DNA of 64,000 bases from Candidatus Yanofskybacteria bacterium RIFCSPLOWO2_02_FULL_41_13 (GCA_001795735.1 MGKQ01000001.1:14808-78807), one strand, 5' to 3'. Shown: positions 48,060-58,226, counted from the first letter of the stretch. A program made the numbers and translations. Notes: a model not told the origin generated them from the letters alone.

Positions 48060-48087
48060 TTGAAAATTGAAAATTGAAAATTGAAAA
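48060..48087. repeat. (TTGAAAA)4 heptamer tract with a degenerate opposite arm at about 47998-48056
   Basis: Direct reading of the sequence. Confidence 0.85.
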
Positions 48088-49068
48088 TTATAAAGCATGT
48101 ACTCCATATGGCGTTTCCTTTATACTCTCACCTTCAATATTGCATGTTTCCGAGACAATATACAAAGGCCGCCCCTTAACCTCATTGAACATTTTATACA
48201 AGTACTCCCCTACTATACCGAGAACCATCAGCTGAATACTGCCCAAGAACAAAACCAATATAACTAAAGTTGCCCAACCGGCGATCAAAGGATTAGGATT
48301 AACGTAATGATCAATAACGACATAACCGGAGAAGATTATACTTACAAACAGAACAAAGAGTCCCGCCCAGAAAGCCATCCTTAAAGGAAAGGCTGAAAAA
48401 GAGGTAACTCCGCTCAATACCAGTTTGATTAATCTTTTAATATTATATTTCGGCTTGCCGGCTATTCTTGATTCAGCAACATAGGGCACATACTTCTTCT
48501 TGAAACCAATCCACTGAATCATACCCCGCAGATATCTTTCTCTTTCCGGCAGTTTTTTCAAAGCATTAACCACTCTCCTCTTGTATAAAGCGAAGTCGGA
48601 AACATTTCTAAACTCCAGATTCGTGATCATGCTCATTAGCTTGTAAAAACCCTTTCCCCCGGCCTCCCTTAATTTAGAGTTCTGCTTGTTATCTAATCTT
48701 TCGCCTATAACAATATCGGCCCCTTCTTCGGCATGCTTAATAAATGTAGGTATCAGATGAGGCGGGTGCTGAAGATCTCCATCCATAGTCAGAACCATTG
48801 AACCCCTTGAGAAGTCCAGGCCAACATTAAAGGCAGCCTGATGGCCGAAGTTCCTTGATAGCTTAATTACCTTAAACTTAGAGTCCCTGTCGGCAGTTTC
48901 TTTTATCAATTCAAAAGTTCTATCGGTTGAACCATCGTCAACAAAAATAACCTCACAGCTTTTGGCGACGCTCTTGCAAACGCCGTTTATAGCTTCTATA
49001 AGAAAGGGTATTGCCTCCTCCTCATTAAAAAGCGGGATAACTATAGATAAATAAGTGCTTTTTGACAT
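48088..49068 (-). CDS. GT2 polyprenol-phosphate glycosyltransferase (GtrB/ArnC-like)
   Basis: VIPLFNEE, VDDGSTD, SRNFGHQ, DGDLQHPP, two C-terminal TM helices, RPLYIV. Confidence 0.92.
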   Translation of the reverse strand: MSKSTYLSIVIPLFNEEEAIPFLIEAINGVCKSVAKSCEVIFVDDGSTDRTFELIKETADRDSKFKVIKLSRNFGHQAAFNVGLDFSRGSMVLTMDGDLQHPPHLIPTFIKHAEEGADIVIGERLDNKQNSKLREAGGKGFYKLMSMITNLEFRNVSDFALYKRRVVNALKKLPERERYLRGMIQWIGFKKKYVPYVAESRIAGKPKYNIKRLIKLVLSGVTSFSAFPLRMAFWAGLFVLFVSIIFSGYVVIDHYVNPNPLIAGWATLVILVLFLGSIQLMVLGIVGEYLYKMFNEVKGRPLYIVSETCNIEGESIKETPYGVHAL

Positions 49069-49107
49069 TCCATTATAATACAATCAAAACTTACTTTTGT
49101 AAATAAA

Positions 49108-50760
49108 TCATATTCTTGAACAGTCAAAAATATAAGACTCTATTTTTTTATCCTGAAACTTTTTTAATAGAGGGCACTTCGAAATCACCGGCCAGTAGCG
49201 TCCGTTTTTATCTATGGCCGGAAAATCAACAATCATATACTGACCCTGATAGGCATTTATCCTCTCACTATAATCGCGCGTCGGAGCAGTATAAAATCTA
49301 GCATTATATTTGCCGTTTAATTTTAAATAGTAAGCCCCGATATCGTAATAAGTTATAACTTCCTTAACGGAATTACTGGAATTAACATATTGGATCGTTT
49401 CTTTCGCCACCTTGTCTACGCTGCCGTTTAGAGGGCCGGATAAATATTCAGCCGAAAAAAGGATGTTATATACGACTCCAAAAACAATGAATGCAGCTAA
49501 AAATAAACTTCTCCTATTCTTCACGAATAGTGCTCCGGCCAAAGATACAACGGAAATTAACCAAGTCAAAATTATAAAAATAGCCGAAAAGTAAAATCCT
49601 GAAGGGCCGGAACCGCCAGTAAAAGGAATTAGAAAACTGAGATCTAAAGACTTAACTCTGTCTAAGTAGGCCGTCTTCGGATTCAGAGGCAAGACATCAT
49701 GGGGCAAAGACAGGATAAAATAAGAGATGAGAATAAAAGCAGCCGCAACTACAATGTAAATATTTCTACTAATTGCCTGTTTTTTTAGAAGATCGGTTAT
49801 TACCTGAGCACTTATAAGAACCGAGGGAACTATCCAAAACATGAAATATCTCTCTATCGTAAGAGTGGCAAAATCAAATAAAATGAGATAAAAAATTAAG
49901 TTAATAAATAAATATATAAACCATATCCTATATCTTCTTAATACATCCCTCATAAAGACTCCGCACAAAACGGGCAGAAGCAAAAATGGCGAAAGCCAGA
50001 CTAAAGATTTGAAAATTTTAAAGACTAAGTCGAAATAGGCTCTTGATCCGAAATTAAAGCTTTTAAAGTGGCCGGCATACTCAACGACCATTTCCATGCG
50101 AGTGGCATAAAAATAATAGAATGCCGCGAAAACGGCTAAAAGTACCGCCAGCCACGGCCATAATTTGTGAACAGTCTTTCTAAGCCCGCCGCCATCTTTG
50201 GAACCGTAAAATTTTATTGCCTGATCAACGATCAGCGCTCCGATAAATAATAAGAAGCTCAGCTTGGTCAGAAATCCACCAATTATAGCTAGTCCGAATA
50301 AAACGAACCACCGTTTTTCTCTTCGTCCCTTTTCTGAAATATGCAGAAAAGAATAATAGGCAAGTAATATAAAAAATGGCAAAAAAGCACCATCTATGTC
50401 TATCTGTAAATTAGCTATCAGGCTATAAATATTAACTGTGAAAAGTCCGGCCGCAATCAATGCAACCCCTTTACTCTGCGTAGCCTTCAGAGAAATTATA
50501 TAAATTAAAATTAAATTAAAAAAGCTAAACAAAAATGGAACAATTCTCAAATAATCTAATCCGAAGATGCGTCCGGCAAATTTATAAGCAAACTCCGATA
50601 AGGGCGGGTGCGGACTTTCCAGGTTGCCAAAAAAAGGATTGGCAATACTTGCCCATCTATATTCGTCTTGATGATAGATCTGATCAAAACCCAGAAACCT
50701 GGAGACAACAAAAAAAACAACCAAACCCACAAGCAATAAAGTATATTTATCAAATCTCAT
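49108..50760 (-). CDS. Multi-TM GT-C glycosyltransferase (ArnT/PMT-like)
   Basis: DE after first TM, HPPL, many TM helices, RY motif. Confidence 0.75.
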   Translation of the reverse strand: MRFDKYTLLLVGLVVFFVVSRFLGFDQIYHQDEYRWASIANPFFGNLESPHPPLSEFAYKFAGRIFGLDYLRIVPFLFSFFNLILIYIISLKATQSKGVALIAAGLFTVNIYSLIANLQIDIDGAFLPFFILLAYYSFLHISEKGRREKRWFVLFGLAIIGGFLTKLSFLLFIGALIVDQAIKFYGSKDGGGLRKTVHKLWPWLAVLLAVFAAFYYFYATRMEMVVEYAGHFKSFNFGSRAYFDLVFKIFKSLVWLSPFLLLPVLCGVFMRDVLRRYRIWFIYLFINLIFYLILFDFATLTIERYFMFWIVPSVLISAQVITDLLKKQAISRNIYIVVAAAFILISYFILSLPHDVLPLNPKTAYLDRVKSLDLSFLIPFTGGSGPSGFYFSAIFIILTWLISVVSLAGALFVKNRRSLFLAAFIVFGVVYNILFSAEYLSGPLNGSVDKVAKETIQYVNSSNSVKEVITYYDIGAYYLKLNGKYNARFYTAPTRDYSERINAYQGQYMIVDFPAIDKNGRYWPVISKCPLLKKFQDKKIESYIFDCSRI

Positions 50761-51490
50761 TTTTCTGAATTACCATTAATATAGAGATGCCAAAAGAAAA
50801 ATTCATGAACTTTAGAAAATAGGTTTCTAGGTTAAAGATGGCATAAAATAAACTGTTTAGAGAAGGGTTATTAATTTCAAAATCAGATTCTCTGGCCTTC
50901 AGTTTAAGCAGTCTAGATAATAGCCTGACTGCAACAATTGGCAAAAATAAAAAGGTGTTAAAGTAGGTTTTTCTTAATATTTTAAGGTTGGGATTTTTAT
51001 TTATAACTGCCGACAATGACTCGGCCGTATACCGCCTGAAGTGGTGGGCAACCTCATCCTGAACCCCCCAAAGCCACTGATATGCCGGAACAGCTATAAT
51101 CAGTCTGCCACCCGGCTTTAAGGCCCTTTCTATGGCCCTAATTGCCCCCAAATCGTCCTCTATATGCTCAATAACATCCAAGGTCATTATGAGGTCAAAA
51201 CCGCCCTCTGGAGCCCTAATTTCGCTATTATTAACGACCTCTAAATTACGGATGCCCCGAGATCTGCCAAACTCAATAGCCTCAGCCGAGATATCGGCTC
51301 CGGATGCATTGAAGCCAAGCCTTTGCAAGAAACCAACGTTATATCCTGAGCCACAGCCAAAATCAAAAATTTTTGCCGTTTTCGGTATTTTATACTTTTT
51401 TATTAATGCCAGAATAACTTTTCTCCTGACCCTAAACCACCAGTGACTACCCTCTGTCTCAAAATATGTTTTATAAAAATTCTTATCCAT
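50750..51490 (-). CDS. Class I SAM methyltransferase
   Basis: HWWFRVRR, DFGCGSG, DVIEHI, VPAY, HFRRY; start MDKN. Confidence 0.9.
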   Translation of the reverse strand: MDKNFYKTYFETEGSHWWFRVRRKVILALIKKYKIPKTAKIFDFGCGSGYNVGFLQRLGFNASGADISAEAIEFGRSRGIRNLEVVNNSEIRAPEGGFDLIMTLDVIEHIEDDLGAIRAIERALKPGGRLIIAVPAYQWLWGVQDEVAHHFRRYTAESLSAVINKNPNLKILRKTYFNTFLFLPIVAVRLLSRLLKLKARESDFEINNPSLNSLFYAIFNLETYFLKFMNFSFGISILMVIQKNEI

Positions 51491-51599
51491 CCCGCTTAGA
51501 AGTAGTGCAAGCACCCACTACCACCATATGATGCCGCACACTATTAATTATTGACTGATATTCATATCATTTAACCCGTTTAGAGTACTTCTAACGGGA
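51491..51599. mobile_element. 109-bp MITE-like element at a start codon (near-copy of 61168-61280)
   Basis: TCCAT-CCCGCTTAGAAGTA...TACTTCTAACGGGA-TTCAT. Confidence 0.85.
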
Positions 51600-52541
51600 T
51601 TCATTTATTCTTTTTCTTGCCATATCAATCCCGTAAGCAAACATTTCATGGCGGCGAGGGCTGGTATAATGTTTCATAACCATATTATCACCGAGAAAAC
51701 CTTTAATTGCATACCTCTCCGTTGATAGGAATTTATAATTTACTTGGGCAAAAAGACAAGTCCATCCCTCCATCTCAATAAAATAATCGTTAAGGGGTCT
51801 TTTTGTATGTTCTAAATACTCCGAAAACTGACTGACAGTAAATTTATCTTTATTGATTACTATGTAACCGCCATTTAGCAAAGCCGCTTTATTTTCTTTG
51901 AGATTATACTTCTGAGTATAAAAGTCATCCATTTGCAGAAAAAAGTCCAGCTCATCGCCAATATGACGCTGAACCATGGCGTCATAATCGGTTTTTCCTG
52001 AAATAAAATCTACTACTTCTGTCGGTTCCTTATAATAAAGTATGTCTGAATCGCTGGCTATTACTTTTTTTGCCTTGCTAAAAACAATTATATTGGTCAG
52101 CTTATCGAAAAAAAAGTGGCATTCCAGTCTTGATTTTTTGATAATCTCGGGAATGCCGGGCATTTCTAAAATACGTTTAGTGGTCTCGTCTCGAAACATT
52201 ACTTTAACATTCGGGAACTTGCTTAGAATTAATTTTTCTGTGGCCTTGTCTATCGTCCCATCATCGTGAATAACCACAACCGGTTTTAGTTTTGAGTGAA
52301 AAAGGAAAGACCTAAGCATCCAAGCGAACATCCAAAGACCCTGGCCGTGCCTTGAGCAAATAGTGTGGAGCTCAAAATCAGGATCGGGAACATAATCAAA
52401 ACAAGGCAAGCGGGAAAATAAATAATTGCCGAAAAATCTGTTTTTAAAATACGGCCACCAATAGCGCGGACCGTATCCTCTCTCAATTAGATGCTTAAGA
52501 TAAAACAGTTCTACTTTTATTCTTTTAAAGTTTTTAACCAT
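51591..52541 (-). CDS. Putative GT-A fold glycosyltransferase-like protein
   Basis: HDDG, DSD motif, NGG, KHY; glycan context. Confidence 0.55.
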   Translation of the reverse strand: MVKNFKRIKVELFYLKHLIERGYGPRYWWPYFKNRFFGNYLFSRLPCFDYVPDPDFELHTICSRHGQGLWMFAWMLRSFLFHSKLKPVVVIHDDGTIDKATEKLILSKFPNVKVMFRDETTKRILEMPGIPEIIKKSRLECHFFFDKLTNIIVFSKAKKVIASDSDILYYKEPTEVVDFISGKTDYDAMVQRHIGDELDFFLQMDDFYTQKYNLKENKAALLNGGYIVINKDKFTVSQFSEYLEHTKRPLNDYFIEMEGWTCLFAQVNYKFLSTERYAIKGFLGDNMVMKHYTSPRRHEMFAYGIDMARKRINESR

Positions 52542-52545
52542 TGGA

Positions 52546-53001
52546 TTAACTTTTCATAATATATCCCCACTTAGATTCGAGAAAATGACGCTGTTCTTCA
52601 ATGATATTGTCGGGTAAAGATTTGAATATCTTTATTTCTGACGAATCCTCATTCGGTTTCATTAAAGTAGCTTCTGCCAAGCACAAAAAGACCAAACCCA
52701 CGCTAAAGCCGAATCCTCTTTCTTTCTCTTCACTATCATAATCAATATACCCAAGCAGTTCTCGGATGCTAACCTCAATTCCAAGCTCTTCAGCCGCCAC
52801 CCTTTTTACTGCATCCGTAACTTTCTCTTTGTAAAAAACAGTTCCGCCAGGAATATGCCATTTGCCGCGATATGAAGGTAATTTTCTCAATGAAAGAATA
52901 ACGCCTTCAGGAGTTTTCACGACTAGCTCAACGCAAAGACGAGGTACTCTGGAATAAATATTTTTAAACTCCTCGTGCGAAAACGGCTTATTATTGCCCA
53001 T
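52546..53001 (-). CDS. NUDIX hydrolase, GDP-mannose mannosyl hydrolase-like
   Basis: PRLCVEL, WHIPGG, variant box E-x7-RVAAEELG. Confidence 0.75.
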   Translation of the reverse strand: MGNNKPFSHEEFKNIYSRVPRLCVELVVKTPEGVILSLRKLPSYRGKWHIPGGTVFYKEKVTDAVKRVAAEELGIEVSIRELLGYIDYDSEEKERGFGFSVGLVFLCLAEATLMKPNEDSSEIKIFKSLPDNIIEEQRHFLESKWGYIMKS

Positions 53002-53055
53002 GGTTATTAGAATTTAGACTTATTAATACTAGGATATTCGGCTAAATTTGGCAAT

Positions 53056-53083
53056 AAAAAACGCCCTTGTGGCGTTTTAAAAA
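53056..53083 (-). terminator. Intrinsic terminator
   Basis: AAAAAACGCC-cttgt-GGCGTTTT. Confidence 0.7.
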
Positions 53084-53084
53084 G

Positions 53085-54305
53085 TTAAACTTTTCGTAAA
53101 TAATCCGTTACGACATCCATAACGTAGCCTAAGTGTTCTTGGCGCAATCCGTGATGACAACCGATAAGAAGTCCCTGAGCCATAATCATATCAGAATTAA
53201 CCAAATCACCATAAACACGGTGGTTAATATTCTTATAGGGCGGATGTCGCAGAATGTTTCCCGCAAACAGCACCCTCGTCTGAATGTTTTTTCCTTCCAT
53301 ATAGAGCATCAATTCGGTTCGTTTTATCGATGAATCTTCGCGGATAGTAAACGGGAATGCCAGCCAGCGAACATCACTTTTAGTGACGGCCTGACGAGGT
53401 AATACAAAGTGTTCCGGAAAGCCGGCAAAAAAATCGTATAGAACCTTGAAATTTCTCTTACGAATCTGATCGAACTCGCTCAAGCGTGATAGCTGGACAA
53501 GTCCAAACGCAGCTTGAGGATCCAGGGCCTTGAAATTAAAACCAAGCTCACGAAAAACAAACTTACCATCATACTGAATATCATTCAAAAAGAAATTAAA
53601 GCGAATATCGGGATGCTCATCATAATATTCCGCCGAGGCTCTACCCCAGTCTCTAACGATCTGGGTAAAATCAGCATCGGCCTTATTCTTGAACATTACC
53701 ATCCCCCCGCCGCCCATTGCTGTAATTATGTGAGAGGCATAGAAACTGGTCGTACTGGCATCTGCATATTTACCTGTCGGCTCGCCTCTAATCGTACCGC
53801 CGATCGAATCACAGCTGTCCTCTATCAGCACCAAATTATGATCGTCGGCCATCCGACGCAATTCAGCCATATCATTAAGATTGCCTATCAGGTGGGGTAT
53901 CATCAAACCAACCGTATCGGAATCAATCGCCCCCTCAACAAGATTCAAATCCACATTATATGTATCCGGCTCAACATCAACAAAAACCGGGATGAGTCCC
54001 GATTCAATCAGGGGATTAACAGTTGTGGCAAAAGTGCAAGCCGGAGTTATTACCTTACCGCCCCGAACCTTGCCCAAGAGCGCTCTTATGGCAAGTAGAT
54101 TTGCCGAAGAACCTGAATTGACGAATAGCGCAAAGTTCTGGCCAAAAATTTCAGCCACCTGTTTTTCAAACGTTTTGGTATATCTGCCGATGCCCAGCCA
54201 ATCGTTGTTTAAGCACTCCAGAACGGAGGCTATCTCTCTCTCTCCGAAGATTGCTCGACTGTAATAAACCTTGTCTTTTCCGGGTACAAATGGATGGTTT
54301 TCCAA
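53085..54305 (-). CDS. RfbH/DdhC-like PLP-dependent 3-dehydratase
   Basis: NSGSSANL, EDSCD, SFYASHIIT, RDWGR, LFAGN. Confidence 0.82.
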   Translation of the reverse strand: MENHPFVPGKDKVYYSRAIFGEREIASVLECLNNDWLGIGRYTKTFEKQVAEIFGQNFALFVNSGSSANLLAIRALLGKVRGGKVITPACTFATTVNPLIESGLIPVFVDVEPDTYNVDLNLVEGAIDSDTVGLMIPHLIGNLNDMAELRRMADDHNLVLIEDSCDSIGGTIRGEPTGKYADASTTSFYASHIITAMGGGGMVMFKNKADADFTQIVRDWGRASAEYYDEHPDIRFNFFLNDIQYDGKFVFRELGFNFKALDPQAAFGLVQLSRLSEFDQIRKRNFKVLYDFFAGFPEHFVLPRQAVTKSDVRWLAFPFTIREDSSIKRTELMLYMEGKNIQTRVLFAGNILRHPPYKNINHRVYGDLVNSDMIMAQGLLIGCHHGLRQEHLGYVMDVVTDYLRKV

Positions 54306-54437
54306 GATACTCCTTATTTTTTATATGTGCTAGTTAATAGTGTTACAATGTCTTCGGCAACTTTGCAATATTGACTCATAGCTTTTTTTATAGTACAGAT
54401 ATGAGCAAGCTGTTCCTTTATAACTCAAGGGGCGAGA

Positions 54438-56294
54438 ATGAAACTGACAGACTATCTAGCTCAGTATTTAGCTGATTTGGGTATTAAAAAAGTTTTCCTT
54501 ATCACCGGTGGAGCTTGCGCTCATATTGTAGATTCGCTTGGAAAAAATCCAAATATCGACTACGTCTGCATGCAACATGAACAGGCTGCCGCAATGGCCG
54601 CGGATGCCTATGCTCGAGTAACCAAAAATATAGGAGTTGCCGTCGCAACTTCCGGTCCGGGAGCAACTAATCTCATAACCGGTGTTTGCTGTTCTTATTT
54701 TGATTCAATTCCAACGCTGATGATAACCGGTCAGGTAAACTTGTGGGAAACTAAGGGTGAAAGAAAAATACGACAATTCGGATTCCAAGAAACCGATATC
54801 GTTGATATCGTCCAGCCGATAACTAAATTTGCCGAAATAGTTAAAGATCCTGATAATATAAAATATTTGCTTGATAAGGCTGTTTATATTGCCAAATCAG
54901 AAAGACCGGGTCCTGTCTGGCTGGATATTCCGATGAATGTTCAGCATGCCGAGATTGAGCCGGATCGGCTTATAGGTTTTGATCCTGAAATTTATCACGA
55001 ACATGATGAGCCGCCGTTACAGAAATACACGGACTTAACTTCATACGATATGTGGGGTATTTTAGGCAAGCTAAAAAAATCAAAAAGACCCATAATTATC
55101 GCCGGCTCTGGAATAAAATTAGGTCGAGCCGAAAATGAATTTCTAAAAACGCTGAGTGTGCTAAAAATCCCTGTCGTATCAACTTGGAGCGGAATTGATA
55201 TTCTGCCCCACGATCATGAACTATATATCGGTCAATTTGGCGTCTATGGAAACAGGGCGGCTAACTTTGCTGTTCAAAATTCAGATTTACTTCTGAGCCT
55301 GGGCTCACGTCTTGATACGCGTCAAACTGGCGGTCAGCCTAAAACATTTGCCAGAGAAGCATTTAAGATCGTAGTCGATATTGACAAAACAGAGCTAGAC
55401 AAGCAATGGGTAATAGCCGATATGCCGATAAATGCTGATGTAAATGATTTTCTTACGAAACTAAATATTTTTGTTTCTTATTCTGATGACCACCTTCCAA
55501 ATTTTTCAGATTGGCATTCAATCTGTCTAAACTGGAAACAAAAATATCCGGCCGTTCTTCCCGAATACTATCAGCAGGAAGGATCAGTTAACTCTTATGT
55601 TTTTATTAAAGCATTGTCGGAAAAACTTCCCCCGAACTCGATAATTATCCCTGATCAGGGTGGTAACCTAACTTGGACAATCCAAGGATTTAAAGTAAAA
55701 AGTGGCCATCGATTATTCTCGGCTTTCGGCAACTCGCCGATGGGCTATGCCATGCCGGCATCAATCGGAGCCGCTTTCGCCGATCCTACAGCAAATATAA
55801 TTTGTATCGACGGAGACGGTGGGTTCCAGATGAACATCCAAGACCTTCAGACGATCAGACACTATAACCTGCCAATAAAAATGTTCATTCTTAATAATAA
55901 TTCTTACGGAATTATTAAACAATTCCAGGAAGTTTATTTTGAGGGACGCTATGAAGCTACTGTCAAAGAAACTGGCTATACTGCTCCCGATTTTGTAAAA
56001 GTTGCTCAAGCCTATGGAATTGTAGCAGAAACTATTAGAGATCACTCTGGGATTGATCAAAAACTAGATAGAGTGCTCGCATTCGAAGGACCTATTATAT
56101 GCGACGTAAGATTAGATGAATCACAGAAACTAGTACCCAAACTTGTGGCCATAAAAACGGCTGACGGGAAATATATCAGTAAGCCGATTGAAGATATGAT
56201 TCCCCTGTTGCCCAGAGATGAGTTCAAAGAAAACATGATTGTAAAACCGCTTGAAGAGAATGACGGCACCAAAAAACCGTCGGAGATAAACTAA
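54438..56294 (+). CDS. Acetolactate-synthase-like ThDP enzyme (YerE-like)
   Basis: HEQAAAMAADAY, TSGPGATN, GFQE, GDGGFQMN, LNN. Confidence 0.88.
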   Translation: MKLTDYLAQYLADLGIKKVFLITGGACAHIVDSLGKNPNIDYVCMQHEQAAAMAADAYARVTKNIGVAVATSGPGATNLITGVCCSYFDSIPTLMITGQVNLWETKGERKIRQFGFQETDIVDIVQPITKFAEIVKDPDNIKYLLDKAVYIAKSERPGPVWLDIPMNVQHAEIEPDRLIGFDPEIYHEHDEPPLQKYTDLTSYDMWGILGKLKKSKRPIIIAGSGIKLGRAENEFLKTLSVLKIPVVSTWSGIDILPHDHELYIGQFGVYGNRAANFAVQNSDLLLSLGSRLDTRQTGGQPKTFAREAFKIVVDIDKTELDKQWVIADMPINADVNDFLTKLNIFVSYSDDHLPNFSDWHSICLNWKQKYPAVLPEYYQQEGSVNSYVFIKALSEKLPPNSIIIPDQGGNLTWTIQGFKVKSGHRLFSAFGNSPMGYAMPASIGAAFADPTANIICIDGDGGFQMNIQDLQTIRHYNLPIKMFILNNNSYGIIKQFQEVYFEGRYEATVKETGYTAPDFVKVAQAYGIVAETIRDHSGIDQKLDRVLAFEGPIICDVRLDESQKLVPKLVAIKTADGKYISKPIEDMIPLLPRDEFKENMIVKPLEENDGTKKPSEIN

Positions 56295-57298
56295 TGGAAT
56301 ATATGTATGGACTGCATAGTCACACTTGGGATTCGATAGAAATTGAAGACGCCAAGAAATTAATTGGCCCTATTCTGATACTTGGCGCATCTGGATTTAT
56401 TGGCGCCAAACTTTTTTTCAATTTAAGCCAGTGTCGCAATGATATCTTCGGATGTTCTAGAGACATTAAGAACAGCTGGAGATTCAAGTATCATAATTGG
56501 CAGAATCTGGAGAGTCTTGATATCACGAACTATAAAGAAGTTGAGCGTTTATCTAAGAGAATCAGGCCGAAAACCATTTTTAATTTATCTTCTTACGGAG
56601 GACATAGCCATCAGACGGATATCGAACAAATCCATCAGGTTAACTATATCGGAGCAACTAACATACTGAGGGCCATAGCCGATATAGAGTACGGTGCTTT
56701 TATACAGGCGGGCAGTTCATCTGAATACGGTTTGAATTCTGCCGGTCCAAAGGAAGATGCTAAACTGGTACCAAATAGTGCTTACGCCGAATCTAAGGTT
56801 AAGTCATATTACATGGTAAATTACTATGGCCAAGCCATGTTTCCGGTAATGCACTTGAGGCTATATTCTATTTACGGACCCTGGCAGGAAAGAAAAACAC
56901 TAATGCCCGTACTGATATCCCACTGTCTAGAAAATAAATGGCCTCCGCTTGTGGACAAAGAAGCTTCACATGACTTTGTCTATGTAGACGATTGTGCCTA
57001 TGCTTTCGTAAAAGCCGCCCTGGCTCTGTACGAAAAGAAGGGCTTCGGAAAAGCCGTAAATATAGCTACTGGAGTAAAAACAAAGACAGAAGATTTAGTA
57101 AAAATATCCCAAAGAATATTTGGTGTTACTTCAGAACCGATATTCGGCTCCATGCTAAATGAGGGACGGGACCTTGTGAACTGGTATGGGAATCCTGAAT
57201 TGGCTCTAAAAGAGCTCAGCTGGTATCCCAGAGTCGGACTGAACCAAGGCATTGAATTAACAAGCCGATGGGAACAAGAATTTAAAAAGACCGCATGA
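56294..57298 (+). CDS. NAD-dependent epimerase/reductase
   Basis: GASGFIG, GSSSEYG, YAESK, DFVYVDD. Confidence 0.88.
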   Translation: MEYMYGLHSHTWDSIEIEDAKKLIGPILILGASGFIGAKLFFNLSQCRNDIFGCSRDIKNSWRFKYHNWQNLESLDITNYKEVERLSKRIRPKTIFNLSSYGGHSHQTDIEQIHQVNYIGATNILRAIADIEYGAFIQAGSSSEYGLNSAGPKEDAKLVPNSAYAESKVKSYYMVNYYGQAMFPVMHLRLYSIYGPWQERKTLMPVLISHCLENKWPPLVDKEASHDFVYVDDCAYAFVKAALALYEKKGFGKAVNIATGVKTKTEDLVKISQRIFGVTSEPIFGSMLNEGRDLVNWYGNPELALKELSWYPRVGLNQGIELTSRWEQEFKKTA

Positions 57299-57356
57299 GC
57301 GGTTTTTTATTTTTGAATTGATTTATGCAAAAATATATGACAGGATATAAAAATAT

Positions 57357-58226
57357 ATGACTGAATTTGAAAAACTTATTCACGAATATTCATTTTTTTA
57401 CGACAAGGGTTTATTCTCCCAAAAAACCTCAAAGCTAGAACAGCGCTACCGGGAATACTTGAACTTGGAAAATCTTGCTTCAACCAAAGAAACAGCCCAG
57501 CTTATAGCTAAAGTGGCTAACCGACACCTTAAGAAAACCGGTCCCATAGATGCACTCGAGATTGGCTCCGGCATCGGCGGCCTGGCAGTCGCCATGGCAC
57601 GCCTTGGAAATCGCCATGTTACCGGCATTGAACCTGAAGCGCCGGCAGTCAAAGCTTCATCGCTTCGCGCTCAAAAGTACAAAAATATTAAGGCAGAATT
57701 TATACAAGGATACGGAGAAAAAATACCATTGCCGGATAGATCGTTTGATCTAGCCTATACTCAATCCGTCCTCGAACATGTAACAGACATTCAAAAAGTT
57801 ATATCCGAAGCATACCGTGTTTTACGGCCCGGAGGAGTAATTTACATTGAAACGCCAAATTATCTTTGGCCGGTGGAACAGCATTACAAAACTTTCTTCC
57901 CCCCCCTTCTCCTAAAACCGCTGGCACGCCTTTACCTAAGACTGCGAAAGAAGAATCCCGATGGCATTAACACCCTCAACTACGTCACGCCGATAAATAT
58001 CCGCCGATATCTCAAAAAGGCCGGTTTTATAAACATTACCGATAACACCTTGGAAGAATACGCCGGAAAGCTGAATGACCTTTCACGCATTAAACACAGG
58101 AGATACCTGCGGGTCCTTCTTAAAATCCCCCTCGCCTCTTCTATAATCAGCGGCGTAATTCATTCATTACTCAAACTTGGATTGTATCCGGGACTAAAAA
58201 TGAGTGCGCAGAAGAACATCATTTAA
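57357..58226 (+). CDS. Class I SAM methyltransferase
   Basis: LEIGSGIG, SFDL, VLEHV, VLRPGG. Confidence 0.9.
   Translation: MTEFEKLIHEYSFFYDKGLFSQKTSKLEQRYREYLNLENLASTKETAQLIAKVANRHLKKTGPIDALEIGSGIGGLAVAMARLGNRHVTGIEPEAPAVKASSLRAQKYKNIKAEFIQGYGEKIPLPDRSFDLAYTQSVLEHVTDIQKVISEAYRVLRPGGVIYIETPNYLWPVEQHYKTFFPPLLLKPLARLYLRLRKKNPDGINTLNYVTPINIRRYLKKAGFINITDNTLEEYAGKLNDLSRIKHRRYLRVLLKIPLASSIISGVIHSLLKLGLYPGLKMSAQKNII

Noticed and set aside
53514..54264. Longer antisense ORFs (194 aa, 127 aa) and the many other 60-145 aa overlapping ORFs in the track
   Set aside because: They overlap well-supported genes and show no motifs; treated as shadow ORFs.
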